A stretch of 64,000 bases of DNA, from the NCBI GenBank assembly GCA_963835065.1, contig CAWIEK010000044.1, forward strand, positions 448,001-512,000, written 5' to 3'. The notes below the pieces were generated by a model, which searched no databases, was not told where the DNA came from, and worked only from the letters and a program-made list of their open reading frames with translations. Both the position numbers and the translations under genes were made by a program. This stretch comes from an uncultured Chthonomonadaceae bacterium. Lineage in GTDB: Bacteria; Armatimonadota; Chthonomonadetes; Chthonomonadales; Chthonomonadaceae. This document shows, in pieces, positions 18,427 to 29,449 of the stretch (positions are counted from its first letter, which is position 1; each line of letters opens with the position of its first letter).

Positions 18427-20889
18427 ATGGAATTTTTACGTATCATGCGCGGCGCGAAGACTCTGCTGCCGCTTTGCCTACTTGCCCTGCCCGACGTTGG
18501 CGCACAGGCAATGGACAAGATTGCGCCCGACGCAGGCAAGTTTATCGTGACATATCAGGAAAACGAGATTATCACGGAAACCTTCAAGAGTGATGCGGAC
18601 GGCGGTTCTGAAACAGAAGCGGAAGCCAAATCGGGCGGCGTCACGCAGAAGTTTCATATCTCCTTGAAGGCCAGGCAGGGGCGCGTGTCGAAGATTGTTA
18701 CGGAAGCCAAACCGGGCGGGAAATTCACGCTGGAGGTCAACGGCGCGATTGGCAAATTGACAACCGATCTTGCGCCCAAAGCAAAGGAGGTGAAACTGCC
18801 CGCCAACCTTTACCCGTTTGCCACTATCGCCGCGCCGCATTTACTCGCCAATGTCGTGGCCGCGTATGACAAGGGCAAGGGTGGCGCGCAGACATTCGAT
18901 TTCGTGTACGCCAATGTACTCGGCCCGCAGGGAGTAATTCAGGGCAAACTGACGCTCACCAGCCAGGGAGCCAAACCCCGGCAGATTGGCGGCAAAACCG
19001 TGCCTGTTGTCCGCTACGTTGTCGGCCTGCCCACCCCTGTCGGCGAACAGGAAATGGAACTGGCGACGGACACGAATGGGCGCGTACTGATGTTAAGCAT
19101 GGCGACGCAAAAGATATATGCCGCGCGAGACGGCTATCAGGAACTGACGCAGCCCGATACGCCCACCGACCCGACGCTTTCCAAACCCACGCACGAAGTA
19201 AAAAAAGAAACCGTCAAGATCGCCATGCGCGATGGGGTGAAACTGACGGCAGACGTGTATCGTCCTGCTGAAGACGGCAAATACCCCGTGATTTTGCAGC
19301 GCTCGTGCTACGGGCGGACCAAAGCGCTGGAAGCCACGAGTTACGCCAAACGCGGTTATGTGTTCGTGTCGCAGGATGTGCGCGGCAAGTTCGATTCCGA
19401 AGGCGCGTGGAAGCCGTTCGTCAACGAAGCCCGTGACGGCTATGATTCCGTGGAGTGGTGCGCTTCGCAGCCCTGGTCAACGGGGAATGTCGGCATGATC
19501 GGCGGATCGTACCTGGGGTTTGTGCAATGGGCAGCCGCCCGTGAAAACCCGCCGCACCTCAAATGCCTGATCCCCATTGTGTCGCCGCCCGACCCGTTTT
19601 TCAACGTTCCCTACGCTTTCGGCGCGTTCCTGCTGCAATCCGATACGTGGTGGACGGCGATTGTGGAGGGCAAGGGCATGAACAGCATACCCACCTACAG
19701 CAGTCTCGCGCCGTTCAAAACCCTGCCCGTTTCCGATGTGGACAAAGCCGTGTTCGGACACCACGTTGACTTTTTCCAGGAGTGGCTGCGGCATCCCACC
19801 AATGACGCTTACTGGCAGCAGGTGAATTTCAATGACCGCATGAAAACCATGCCGGATATTCCCGCCCTGCATGTTTCGGGCTGGTTCGATGGCGACGGCA
19901 TCGGCACGAAACGCAATTATGCGGCGATGGCGGCGGCGCACCCCAATCAGCGCTTGATTTACGGCCCCTGGTCCCACGCGGTCAACACAAGCACCAAAAT
20001 CGGGACGTTGAACTTCGGACCGCAGTCCGCGCGCGATCTGGACACGCTATACCTGCGCTGGTTCGACCACTGGCTCAAGGGCGTAGACAACGGCGTGGAC
20101 AGGGAAAAGCCGGTGGAAGCGTTTCTCATGGGACACAACGAGTGGCGGCAGTTTACCGCCTGGCCGCCCAAAGAAGCGACCGAAACACGCTGGTACTTCC
20201 ACTCGGCAGGCCACGCCAATGCCGACAAAAGCGACGGCAAATTGTCCCTGAGCAAGCCTTCCGCAGAGGAAAAGCCCGATCATTTCACTTATGACCCCGC
20301 CCACCCCTACATCCCCGGCGACGAGGAAACAGCCGTTAAGGCAGACGCAAACGCTAAAAACGTCAAGAACATTCAAAACGCCAAAACCAGCCAAAAGGAC
20401 AGTACCACCCGAAAGGATGAAGCCACAACGGGAGATAGTGACGCGCACATTCTGACGTACACAACCGATGCGCTTGAAAAGGAAGTGATCGTCGCCGGGC
20501 CGATTGAGGTACATCTCGCCGCTTCCACTTCCGCCAGAGATACGGACTGGTTCGCCATGCTCCAGGACATCGGGCCGGACGGCAAGGCGCTGAACTTATG
20601 CCAGGGCATTATTCGCGCCCGCTTCCGCAATGGCTTCGAAAAGGCCGTGCTGCTCACTCCCGGTGAAATCGCGGATTACACCCTTGACCTGTGGGCCTTG
20701 GGTAACGTGTTCCAAAAAGGACACAAAATCCGGGTGATTGCCAGTTCGTCCTGCTTCCCGCTCTATGACCGCAATCTCAACACGGGCGACAACAATGGCA
20801 CAACAACGAAAATGGTCATCGCCCATCAAACCGTTCTGCACGACGACGCGCATTTGTCGTACCTGTCGCTGCCGACGCTGGCAGAGTAG
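18427..20889 (+). CDS. Secreted CocE/NonD-family serine hydrolase (peptidase S15) with N-terminal extension
   Basis: MRDGVKL, QDVRG, GGSYLG nucleophile, GWFD, GPWSH and a PepX-C-like tail; signal peptide. Confidence 0.92.
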   Translation: MEFLRIMRGAKTLLPLCLLALPDVGAQAMDKIAPDAGKFIVTYQENEIITETFKSDADGGSETEAEAKSGGVTQKFHISLKARQGRVSKIVTEAKPGGKFTLEVNGAIGKLTTDLAPKAKEVKLPANLYPFATIAAPHLLANVVAAYDKGKGGAQTFDFVYANVLGPQGVIQGKLTLTSQGAKPRQIGGKTVPVVRYVVGLPTPVGEQEMELATDTNGRVLMLSMATQKIYAARDGYQELTQPDTPTDPTLSKPTHEVKKETVKIAMRDGVKLTADVYRPAEDGKYPVILQRSCYGRTKALEATSYAKRGYVFVSQDVRGKFDSEGAWKPFVNEARDGYDSVEWCASQPWSTGNVGMIGGSYLGFVQWAAARENPPHLKCLIPIVSPPDPFFNVPYAFGAFLLQSDTWWTAIVEGKGMNSIPTYSSLAPFKTLPVSDVDKAVFGHHVDFFQEWLRHPTNDAYWQQVNFNDRMKTMPDIPALHVSGWFDGDGIGTKRNYAAMAAAHPNQRLIYGPWSHAVNTSTKIGTLNFGPQSARDLDTLYLRWFDHWLKGVDNGVDREKPVEAFLMGHNEWRQFTAWPPKEATETRWYFHSAGHANADKSDGKLSLSKPSAEEKPDHFTYDPAHPYIPGDEETAVKADANAKNVKNIQNAKTSQKDSTTRKDEATTGDSDAHILTYTTDALEKEVIVAGPIEVHLAASTSARDTDWFAMLQDIGPDGKALNLCQGIIRARFRNGFEKAVLLTPGEIADYTLDLWALGNVFQKGHKIRVIASSSCFPLYDRNLNTGDNNGTTTKMVIAHQTVLHDDAHLSYLSLPTLAE

Positions 20890-21012
20890 GGAGTAGAGGG
20901 TAGGGAGTGGGGAGTAGGGAAATACGCTGTCTGCCACTTTCCTGCTGCATAAGAGAAGTAGCCACAGGCTTTTCCTACTCCCCACTCCCTACCCTCTACT
21001 CCCTACCCCTAC
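20883..21012. repeat. Paired heptamer arrays GGGAGTA(n) ... TACTCCC(n)
   Basis: AGAGTAGGGAGTAGAGGGTAGGGAGTGGGGAGTAGG is mirrored by CCTACTCCCCACTCCCTACCCTCTACTCCCTACCC. Confidence 0.88.
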
Positions 21013-21017
21013 TTCCG

Positions 21018-21044
21018 GGAACATCTTCAAGCGAGCAACGTCTA
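21018..21044 (+). promoter_or_regulatory. Putative ECF-sigma promoter
   Basis: GGAAC-N16-CGTCTA upstream of the lipoprotein gene at 21173. Confidence 0.5.
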
Positions 21045-21172
21045 TGTAGCGGCGCAAGTGGAGGCCGTTACTCTCATTTTGGAACAAATTCAACCTCTGC
21101 AAGGACCCTTTCCAGACGACAGAGCCATCGGCAACAGGCTTCGGGAAGACAGCAGAAGGGGAGAACAAGGTT

Positions 21173-21691
21173 ATGATGACGATGTTGGACAAGAAGCGCG
21201 CGTATCGCCCGACCGCGCTGCTGGTGGCGGCTTCAATGGCGTTCCCGGTCTGTTTTATGGGCTGTGGCGGCAAGGGCGGGGGCAACAATGCAAGCGTCCC
21301 GCCGCCTGTAGATGATACGCGCAGCGCCGGCGGCAGAATGGCTCCCCCCTCTTCCACGATGTCTCCGCAGCAGCCCAAACAAGGCATGTCTACCGGCAAG
21401 AAGGCCGTGATTGTTCTGGCAGGCGCGGCGCTGCTGTACTACCTTTACAAGCATCACGAAAAAGCCAAAGAAATGGCGCAGGGCAAGGAAGTCCAGTATT
21501 ACCAGTCCAAGAACGGTCGTATCTACTACCGTGACCCGCAGACGCATCAGGCGCACTGGGTAACGCCGCCCTCCGTGGAACTGTCCGATCAGGAAGCCCA
21601 GGAGATGAGCCGGTACAAAGGCTATAACAACAGCACGACCGGGGAAGATTACGCGGGCGCAGCCCAGGATAATGGAGCGGAACCGCAATAG
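21173..21691 (+). CDS. Hypothetical lipoprotein with internal TM helix
   Basis: Lipobox-like FMGC-GG; KKAVIVLAGAALLYYLYK; YYQSKNGRIYYRD. Confidence 0.7.
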   Translation: MMTMLDKKRAYRPTALLVAASMAFPVCFMGCGGKGGGNNASVPPPVDDTRSAGGRMAPPSSTMSPQQPKQGMSTGKKAVIVLAGAALLYYLYKHHEKAKEMAQGKEVQYYQSKNGRIYYRDPQTHQAHWVTPPSVELSDQEAQEMSRYKGYNNSTTGEDYAGAAQDNGAEPQ

Positions 21692-21771
21692 ACTAAAAGC
21701 CATTCTCGCCGTAAGCAATTTATGCGGGAATGAAGGCGAACGATTTGCAGGTTGGAAGGAGAGTTGAACGC

Positions 21772-22092
21772 ATGGGATTAGACGCTTTGTTGCAGCAGGT
21801 GAAAAACGCTGTCTTCAACGATAGCCAGACACAATATCAGCAGGGTGACACGCACGGGCTTATCGGGCAGCTTGAAGGGCTGTTCGCCAGCCATCAGCAG
21901 AATCAGGCGCAAAGCCAGCCGTCCGGCATGGACCCCTACGGCGGCGTACCCAACGAAGCGGGCCGCTTCCCGAATGTCCGCCCCGCCAGCGAAGACCAGT
22001 ACGGCGATCCCGCCGACCAGCAGGCCGGACGCTTCAACAACGTCCGCCCCGCCAGCGAAGACCCGTATGGCGACCCTGCCGACCAGAGATAA
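21772..22092 (+). CDS. Small acidic protein with NVRPASEDxYGDPADQ repeats
   Basis: Two tandem copies of the motif; ATG after GAAGGAGAG. Confidence 0.75.
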   Translation: MGLDALLQQVKNAVFNDSQTQYQQGDTHGLIGQLEGLFASHQQNQAQSQPSGMDPYGGVPNEAGRFPNVRPASEDQYGDPADQQAGRFNNVRPASEDPYGDPADQR

Positions 22093-22099
22093 GATAATT

Positions 22100-22293
22100 A
22101 ACCACCCGCCTGCGGCTAGAGACACAGAGGCACAGAGGAAAAGCCAATACGAGAAAAGACAAAGAGATCAAGGAGAGGAAAAGGAACCGCAAAGAGGCAA
22201 AGCAGGCAAAGTGGTTTATTCTCTTCTCTTCTTCTTTTCTTCCTCTGTGTTCCCTCTCTGTGTCTCTGTGTCTCTAGCCGCAGGCGGGTGGTT
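22100..22293. repeat. Long inverted repeat with CACAGAG-type units and purine/pyrimidine-rich inner arms
   Basis: AACCACCCGCCTGCGGCTAGAGACACAGAG pairs with CTCTGTGTCTCTAGCCGCAGGCGGGTGGTT between convergent genes. Confidence 0.88.
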
Positions 22294-23757
22294 TATTCAT
22301 CTATGCCGGGAACGGGGAAGGCTCCACTGGCGCAAACGTCACGGACTTCGCTGCGGATTTGTTTCAGGACGGCAGGATCGAAGCGGTATTCGATGCCGCC
22401 TTTTTCTTTGCCGGCGAGGTAAGTGCCGTTGGGCGTGTGCGCTTGGGCGACGCGATCCATCCAGTCGGCGATTTGAACCATTTGCGGTTCCTTAAAGCCG
22501 CGCGTGGTGACGGCGGGTGTCCCGATGCGCAGGCCGGACGGAGAAAACGGCTTGCGCGGGTCGTTGGGAACCGCGTTGAAGTTGGTTTCCAGACCGGCCT
22601 GATACAGCGCGTGGGCATAGGGCTTGCCGGGAATGTGGCGGGACTTCATCACGTCCACCAGAATCAAGTGGTTGTCCGTGCCGCCTGTTACGAGTGAAAA
22701 ACCCCGTTCCAGCAAAGCCTGCGCAAGCGCTTTGGCATTGGCGACGATTTGAGCGGCGTACTGCCGGAACTCGATTGTGGACGCTTCCTTGAAGCACACG
22801 GCAAGCGCGGCGATGGTGTTGTTGTGCGGGCCGCCTTGCAGCGCGGGAATAATGGCTTTATCAATGCGATCCGGCAGGGTTTGGTCGGGGTTGTCCTTCA
22901 TCGGGCGGTTTTTGCACAGGATGAAGCCGCCGCGCGGCCCGCGAATGGCTTTGTGACTGGTGGACGTGACCACATCCGCATAAGGAACCGGGTCAGGATG
23001 GACGCCACCGACAATCAGGGCGTTGATGTGCGCAATGTCGGCAATCAGGTACGCGCCAACCGCGTCGGCGATTTCGCGGAAGCGGGCAAAGTCCCACTCG
23101 CGCGGATAGGCCGTACCGCCCGCAAAAATCACGTTCGGACGCTCCCGCAGGGCAATCGCCATCAATTCGTCATAATCCAGCATTTGCGTATCGGGGTTCA
23201 TGCCCGTCACGCCCTGCTCGACATGGTAGCCATACGCGATGGACTGGTAGTACGTGCCGCTGAAGTTCAGGTTGTAGCCGTGCGTCAGGTGTCCGCCGCT
23301 TTGCAGGTGCATCCCCATGATCTTTTCGCCCGGTTTCATCAGCGCGAAACACGCGGCAAGGTTGGCGGGCGAGCCGCTGTACGGCTGCACGTTGGCATGG
23401 TCGGCCCCGAACAGTTTTTTGGCGCGTTCTCGTGCCAGATTCCTCGATTTGATCTACCAGTTCGTTGCCTTCGTAATAGCGCTTGCCGGGATAGCCTTCC
23501 GAATACTTGTTGGCGAACACGGTCGCCATCGCCTGCATAACAGCGGACGAAGTATAATTTTCGGAGGGGATCAGGCGTATGTATTCCGTTTGGCGGCGCG
23601 TTTCCGCAACCGTGATGTCGTACACTTCCGGGTCAATCGCCCGCAGTTTGTCGAAATTGGAAGCGGCGGACACAAACGGCGCGTCGTCCAGCATGGCTTC
23701 TAAGGAGGTGACTCCTCTGGAAGCGGTTTGAGGCTCCAGCATATCTATGGGCGGCAT
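22293..23757 (-). CDS. glyA: Serine hydroxymethyltransferase; apparent +1 frameshift near 23442
   Basis: [49 protein letters not shown] and SGLRIGTP motifs. One extra G splits [11 protein letters not shown]. Confidence 0.95.
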
Positions 23758-23996
23758 GGCAAAAAGGCTCCTGTTCAGGGTGGGTGTTCGGTGTTCGGTA
23801 TTCGGGTGTTCAGGTATTCGGTATTGGGCTTTTGACTAATATCTAATGCCTAATATCTTCTTATCCCTTATAGTATAGGTTGCGGAGCGGGGGAAAGTCA
23901 ACCAGGAATTGACACGTAAGGCCGGAAAAGAAACAACGGTTTCTTTTCCGGCCTTGATTGCGCGTGATACAATCACGCGCTTTAGAGACAAAACTG

Positions 23997-24491
23997 TCAG
24001 GAGCGGCGCGAACCGGCGTATAGAACCTGTGGCGCGGCAGGCGTTTGCGCAACGGTTTGTACGCGCTTGACAGTATTCGGGTCGTAACTTTCCACGTCAA
24101 GGGCGGTGTCGGCGGTATGGACAGGCTGCCCGGTGACACGCTCGGTGTAAATCGCGTCCACTAAGGCGTGGGGCGCGACATGCGCAATCAAGATCGCCAT
24201 CAGCAGCACGGGCAAGGCGACGAGTTCCAGGCCGTCAATGGCAAAATCCAATGGCAGCAGAATGGGAGCCAGGAAGGTGGCGACCGCTTCAATCGGCACC
24301 TGCAAGGCGACCAGTAAGACTACCAATCCGATGCCCATTCCGAGCGACAGCAGTTTCGCTTTGAACGGGATACGCCGATCCCGCAGCAGCGCGATACCGA
24401 ATTTTATATCAAGCGGGCTGCGCCCGGTTTTCGTGTTGATGGCCTTGTGAAAAGCGCGTTCGCCAAACAAACGCAGCATTAATCGTAACAT
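23997..24491 (-). CDS. YkvA/DUF1232-like membrane protein
   Basis: LLRDRRIPFKAKLL motif followed by hydrophobic helices; ATG after GGAGG. Confidence 0.6.
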   Translation of the reverse strand: MLRLMLRLFGERAFHKAINTKTGRSPLDIKFGIALLRDRRIPFKAKLLSLGMGIGLVVLLVALQVPIEAVATFLAPILLPLDFAIDGLELVALPVLLMAILIAHVAPHALVDAIYTERVTGQPVHTADTALDVESYDPNTVKRVQTVAQTPAAPQVLYAGSRRS

Positions 24492-24922
24492 GGTTGGTTC
24501 CTCCGAATTTCGGCGGCTTTGGGTGCAAAAACAATTTGGATTGACCGCAGGAAACGCTCCGCTGATGCCCCGTTGTTGATATGGAGCGAACAACTGCCTG
24601 CGTTCCGTCGTCCAACAAACGGACGTGTCAGACCGGCAACACGTTTCAATATCTGGCTGCCTGTCCTCGCTTACGTCTGATGTATTGTACCAAACGCGGC
24701 GTTCATCGGCAAATATATTTATTCCCTTCCCCGTCTCGTAAATTTACTTGCGCCGCCTGCAGGAATAAAGCAGGAGACGCCCGCATCCTGCCGAATATAG
24801 GTAAACGCCTCGTTATTTCTACCGGCGCTTGTCGCCCGCTTTTCTCATGCATCCTTTCTCTATTCAGGACTGTTTGGCGAACAGCCCAGGGAGCAGAACT
24901 TGACACGCTGTAAACGTTCCTA

Positions 24923-27784
24923 TTGCCTCATCATCTCTTCTCGGTTCCTCGTTTACCCATTCACGAAGCGGCAGGACGCGGAAAGTCCATTCTGATCCCT
25001 GTCACTATCAACTCAACTATTTTACTGCTTCTTCGCGTTCCTTTTTTCGGCGTGGGGTTGCTGTGGGTTGGATTGTGCGGTTTATTGTTCGGCCTTGCCG
25101 CGCCCGTTGACGCGCAATCGCAGGAACCCCGCGCGTTTACCTACACCTTTGAAACCCTGCCGCCCTCTCTGGTTCTGGAACGCGGCGACATGCTGCGCTT
25201 TGAGGGCGTGGGTCCGCGTACGGGCCTGCCGCAGACGTTTGCCATACAGGTCGGAGATCAGGTTCGGATGCGGCAGACGTTTCAGGGGCGCTGGCATCTG
25301 CAGTACAACTCGCAGCCGGAGCATTTCGCGGCCTGTATGCTTTCCGTTTCGCAGGAGGTCAACGGGGAATGGCAGATGCGGGCGCAAACCAAATTGCGTA
25401 TCATCAACGCGCCCCTGTTCCGTATCACTCCGCCCGCTCCCGACTCGCGCATTACCGAACCCGTAAGCCTGCATGTCGAAGCGCTGAACACGGATAAAAT
25501 TGACCGCATCGGGTACACGTTGGACGGCAAGCCCATAGGATTGTTCGCCAACCACGAGGAGGATGTGATCTGGAACCCTGCGGGGATTGCGCGGGGAACG
25601 CATCAGTTGGGCGCGGTTGCCCGCCTGACGGACGGCAGCCTGTATACGCTCGACGCCATTACAGTCAACGTGGCGACGAAACTGCGCGTCCTGCCCTTTG
25701 CGACTGGGGAAACGCTGGATTTATCGGCCATCAACGGCAAAGTGAGCGTTCGAGCGGACATTGATCCCGCGATTCAGCCCCGCGCCGTCACGTTTACGGT
25801 TGACGGCAAGCCTGTCATCGAACGCCGCGAAGCCCCGTTTCAGCAGGCATGGTGGAACCCCAACAGCCTGCCGAGCGGAAGTCATGCGCTGGGCGTGGAT
25901 GTGGAAACCGAAGCGGGACAGCACATCGTTGCCGCGCCGCTTGCGTTCGCTATTTACCGCCGTCCGGGCAGGCATAAGTCTACCGAAGAGCCGTTTGTCA
26001 GTTCGCGGGTCGCGCAGGGCAAGGAAGAAGACGTCGTTTATCCCACTGTTGAAAGCGCGCTGCTGGCCCGTAAGAAGGTCACGATAGCCATTGCGCGGCT
26101 GCCGGAACGCCTGTCGGTTTCCATAGGAACCGACGTGGTACTAACAGGCGTTTCCGAAACCGCCAACGATACGGAAGTGGCCGCGTATGTGGACGGGCAG
26201 CGGCAGTCGGGCTTTAATGGCAGGGGCAAGTTCGCGCTTGCCGTATCCACGCGCATTTTGCCGCCGGGATTGCACACGCTGAAAGTGCGGCAGAACCTGA
26301 CAAGCGGCGTCACGCGCCCCGTCGGGCAAAGCCGCCTGCTGGTCTTTGAAGGCGCTCCGGTTCAGATGCAGCCGCTGAATGAAGGCGCGAGTTTGTTTGC
26401 CCCCGTCACGCTGCACACGCAGATCGGGCCGGGGTTTGCGCCCCAATCGCTGCTGTATTTCGCGGATGGACGCCCGCTTCCCACCGACCCCGCCGACCCT
26501 ATGACGGCGCAATGGGACCCGCGCAGCCGCCAGCCCGGCGTTCACGCGCTGTGGGTGGTTGGCACGGACGCAGACGGGGTTTCGTTTCGCTCGCAGCCGA
26601 TTTCAGTCACAATTCCGGTTCGGGTTCGCATGGCATCCCTTCCCAAAAGCATTGCCGTCACGAAAACAAGCCATACCCTGTCCTTAACGGCGGCGGTTAC
26701 GCCCGGACTTGCGCCGGTTCAGGTCAGTTACCTCGTGGACGACACGCCAGTTGCTGCGCAGGCGGGACCGGGTTTTGGCGTATTTTCCTACGACACCACG
26801 AACCTGCCTCCCGGCGCGCACAATCTGGCAATCGAAGCCCGTGACGCCAACGACGCGGTGTACGTCAGCGCGGCCACGCGCATCGAAGTGCAGAACGCGC
26901 CCTGGGCCACGAAACGCGCGCAGGAAGACGCGCAGCTACAGCGCAAATTCAAACGGGCAGGGGCGCAGAACAGCCAGCGCGCGGCATCGGCCTTGCGCCA
27001 TCCCGTTGTGCTTGCCGGGGGTGAAAAGCAGGAAGCGCGGGAGGGCGTAATCGGCAAAACGCGCGGCATTGCGGTGATCTTTTTGGGCAAAACGCCTGTG
27101 ATTGGCCGCCTGATTCCCATTGAAGCCGACATCCATCCGGGCGAAGGCAAATTCACGTTCGAGGCGGCGGCGGAAACGGACACGCAGGGCGCGGCGCAAA
27201 AAGCGTTCGATTTTGCGCGGCAGAAAGCGACGCAGGCGGGGCAGGGGCTGGATTGGGCGCGTACCAATGTCCTGCTGCGCCATCCCGACGACCGGGCGCG
27301 AACGCAGGGCAAATCGTCGGGCGTGGCGGATGCCGTCGCGCTGGTTTCCGCCTGCCTGCAAATGCCCGTAGACCGTTCGGTCGTCGTGACCGGTGCGTTG
27401 GGAACAAACGGGCAGATCGAGCCGGTGGGCGGGCTGGTGCAGAAAATGGACGCCGTGTTCAACGATTCCAGCGTTCGCACCCTGATTTTGCCCGCCGGCA
27501 GCCTGTCCGAGTCCGAGTTGGTCGCCCTGTACCTGCAGCGTCCCGACCAACTGGCGCATCGCCGCATCATCTTCGCGCACACGATGGAGGAGGTTCTGCG
27601 CCAGGCGCTCATCGGCTACAGCGACGCCTACGATTACGCCGAAGAACTGGCGCAGGAGGGGCTTTCCTTCTACCGCAGCAAAGACACCCCGCGCGCCCTC
27701 GAAGCCCTGCGCCAGGCCCGCGAACTCACCCCCGAAAACGCCACCCTTTCCGTCTGGATGAACCTCATCCAGAGCAGGCGTTAG
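24923..27784 (+). CDS. Secreted multi-Ig-domain protein with a C-terminal Lon (S16) protease domain and TPR-like tail
   Basis: Repeated V.Y.VDG...W....L..G.H.L Ig-like units; QGKSSG...VTG...PVGGLVQK with Ser-Lys 43 residues apart; no AAA module. Start codon uncertain. Confidence 0.8.
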   Translation: MPHHLFSVPRLPIHEAAGRGKSILIPVTINSTILLLLRVPFFGVGLLWVGLCGLLFGLAAPVDAQSQEPRAFTYTFETLPPSLVLERGDMLRFEGVGPRTGLPQTFAIQVGDQVRMRQTFQGRWHLQYNSQPEHFAACMLSVSQEVNGEWQMRAQTKLRIINAPLFRITPPAPDSRITEPVSLHVEALNTDKIDRIGYTLDGKPIGLFANHEEDVIWNPAGIARGTHQLGAVARLTDGSLYTLDAITVNVATKLRVLPFATGETLDLSAINGKVSVRADIDPAIQPRAVTFTVDGKPVIERREAPFQQAWWNPNSLPSGSHALGVDVETEAGQHIVAAPLAFAIYRRPGRHKSTEEPFVSSRVAQGKEEDVVYPTVESALLARKKVTIAIARLPERLSVSIGTDVVLTGVSETANDTEVAAYVDGQRQSGFNGRGKFALAVSTRILPPGLHTLKVRQNLTSGVTRPVGQSRLLVFEGAPVQMQPLNEGASLFAPVTLHTQIGPGFAPQSLLYFADGRPLPTDPADPMTAQWDPRSRQPGVHALWVVGTDADGVSFRSQPISVTIPVRVRMASLPKSIAVTKTSHTLSLTAAVTPGLAPVQVSYLVDDTPVAAQAGPGFGVFSYDTTNLPPGAHNLAIEARDANDAVYVSAATRIEVQNAPWATKRAQEDAQLQRKFKRAGAQNSQRAASALRHPVVLAGGEKQEAREGVIGKTRGIAVIFLGKTPVIGRLIPIEADIHPGEGKFTFEAAAETDTQGAAQKAFDFARQKATQAGQGLDWARTNVLLRHPDDRARTQGKSSGVADAVALVSACLQMPVDRSVVVTGALGTNGQIEPVGGLVQKMDAVFNDSSVRTLILPAGSLSESELVALYLQRPDQLAHRRIIFAHTMEEVLRQALIGYSDAYDYAEELAQEGLSFYRSKDTPRALEALRQARELTPENATLSVWMNLIQSRR

Positions 27785-27956
27785 GATAAAGAAGGGGAAA
27801 GGCAAAAGGAAAAAGCAGGCTGCAAGCAAAAAAGGTATTTCGATGGAAAACTATAAATACCTGCAAGGAAGGTACACTTTATCACAGAGTAGCGTATAAT
27901 GTTGGCGTACATCCGCTTATAATCGTTTGTTCGTATAGGCGCTTACTACAAGGGGT

Positions 27957-28181
27957 ATGAGAATGACAGTGGAAGTTAAACCGGAAGACATGACTTTGCC
28001 CGCTGAGGCAAGGAAGCGACTGGCAAAGCGCAGGCGCGAACTTATCCGCCGCTTTGCAGATCAATTTGCGAACGCCCCTGTTGAGATCACTCCAAGATGG
28101 CAAAAAGCGATAGACAACTACAGGCGCAACAAAGGGATTGAGGTCGCTGAAGTTGAGGAGGTAGGTCAGCCAGATGAGTGA
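27957..28181 (+). CDS. Small basic protein, putative antitoxin of a GNAT toxin-antitoxin pair
   Basis: 74 aa; overlaps the downstream GNAT-toxin-like ORF (ATGAGTGA); TATAAT upstream. Confidence 0.5.
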   Translation: MRMTVEVKPEDMTLPAEARKRLAKRRRELIRRFADQFANAPVEITPRWQKAIDNYRRNKGIEVAEVEEVGQPDE

Positions 28182-28473
28182 CAGTCGAAAGTACCGGCTG
28201 GAAGTTCTCAGCAGCCAAGACTCCATAGCCCATTTTACCTGCGAAGATGAGGAAATCAACGAGTACATCCGGGAAGACGCGCTTGCGGATATGGCGCGGA
28301 GTGTCGCGCGCACTTTTGTAGAAATTGATACTTCAAAGCCTGCGGACAATAATGTCGCAGGCTATTTCACGTTACGCGCCCATGCGCTCCGCCAGCAAAG
28401 ACGTACAATGATAACGCCCCTGTTCCACAGCGCGCGGCGCGAGTCCTGCCGCCAACATTTATTCCGCTCTTGA
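28174..28473 (+). pseudogene. Truncated GNAT toxin (AtaT/TacT-like N-terminal half)
   Basis: FTCEDEEINEYIREDA...ARTFV...VAGYFTL matches the N-half of GNAT toxins. The acetyl-CoA-binding motif A is absent and similarity ends after AHAL. Confidence 0.65.
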
Positions 28474-28624
28474 TCAAGAACCGGCGCGGATTGACTCGTT
28501 GAATTGCAGGGCCAAGCGGAAAAACGCGGCTTTCTGCGTAACTATGCTCAACACCCTGCGTCTGATGGTGTATACCCGCGCCTGAACATTGCAGGCATGG
28601 AAACTGCCGAAGGAGTCAATCTTA

Positions 28625-29449
28625 ATGGGGCAAACTCGCCGCCGCGCTTTTACTCTGATTGAACTGCTCGTCGTGATAGCGATCATAGCAATCCTTGCCG
28701 CTATCCTCTTTCCCGTCTTTGCCCAGGCCCGCGCTGCCGCCCGCAAAGCCGCCTGTATGAGCAATGAAAAGCAAATTGCCACCGCCATCCTGATGTACTT
28801 TCAGGACTACGATGAACGTACGCCACGCGCCGTCAACAACGCTTCCGCCAGCCCCCATCTTGCCATTCCGCTTACACCCGCTCTGATTGGCGATAACGCC
28901 TTTTCCAGCGGCGATGCGAATGCAGGGCGTCCAGAGGGGTTTCTCTATGCCTACATCAAGAACGATGCATTGTGGCGCTGTCCGCAAGACCCTGTAATCT
29001 ATAACGCCAAAACGCTCAATACCAACAACTCGCTCGGTATTGCCAACGCCACCAGTTATCATCTCAGCCTTTATCTGACCGGCTCACAAGTAGACGGCGT
29101 GAACGAAACCACGTCGGGGGATGGAACCACGATTGCCGCCATTCCGCGCGTTGCCGAAACTATTTTGGCCCGCGATGGAGATGCCAATGACGGCACGAAC
29201 ATCGAGAACAACACAGCCATTGGCGGCGCCTTGGTTGGCGAACAACTCTATACTCGCCACAGTGACCACACGCAGGCTATTCGGCACAGCGGCAAAGGCA
29301 ACTACATCATGCTCGATGGACACATCAAGACACTTGTTCCCGATGCGGTCAGCCCGATGGAGACTGACGACAACCCTGACAAGCCCTGCCCCGGCTGCCC
29401 GGATCAGGTCAACCCCAATGCGCAGGCGTTTTGGAACATTGTTCAGTAG
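28625..29449 (+). CDS. Prepilin-type cleavage/methylation DUF1559 (H-X9-DG) protein
   Basis: [47 protein letters not shown]. Confidence 0.93.
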   Translation: MGQTRRRAFTLIELLVVIAIIAILAAILFPVFAQARAAARKAACMSNEKQIATAILMYFQDYDERTPRAVNNASASPHLAIPLTPALIGDNAFSSGDANAGRPEGFLYAYIKNDALWRCPQDPVIYNAKTLNTNNSLGIANATSYHLSLYLTGSQVDGVNETTSGDGTTIAAIPRVAETILARDGDANDGTNIENNTAIGGALVGEQLYTRHSDHTQAIRHSGKGNYIMLDGHIKTLVPDAVSPMETDDNPDKPCPGCPDQVNPNAQAFWNIVQ

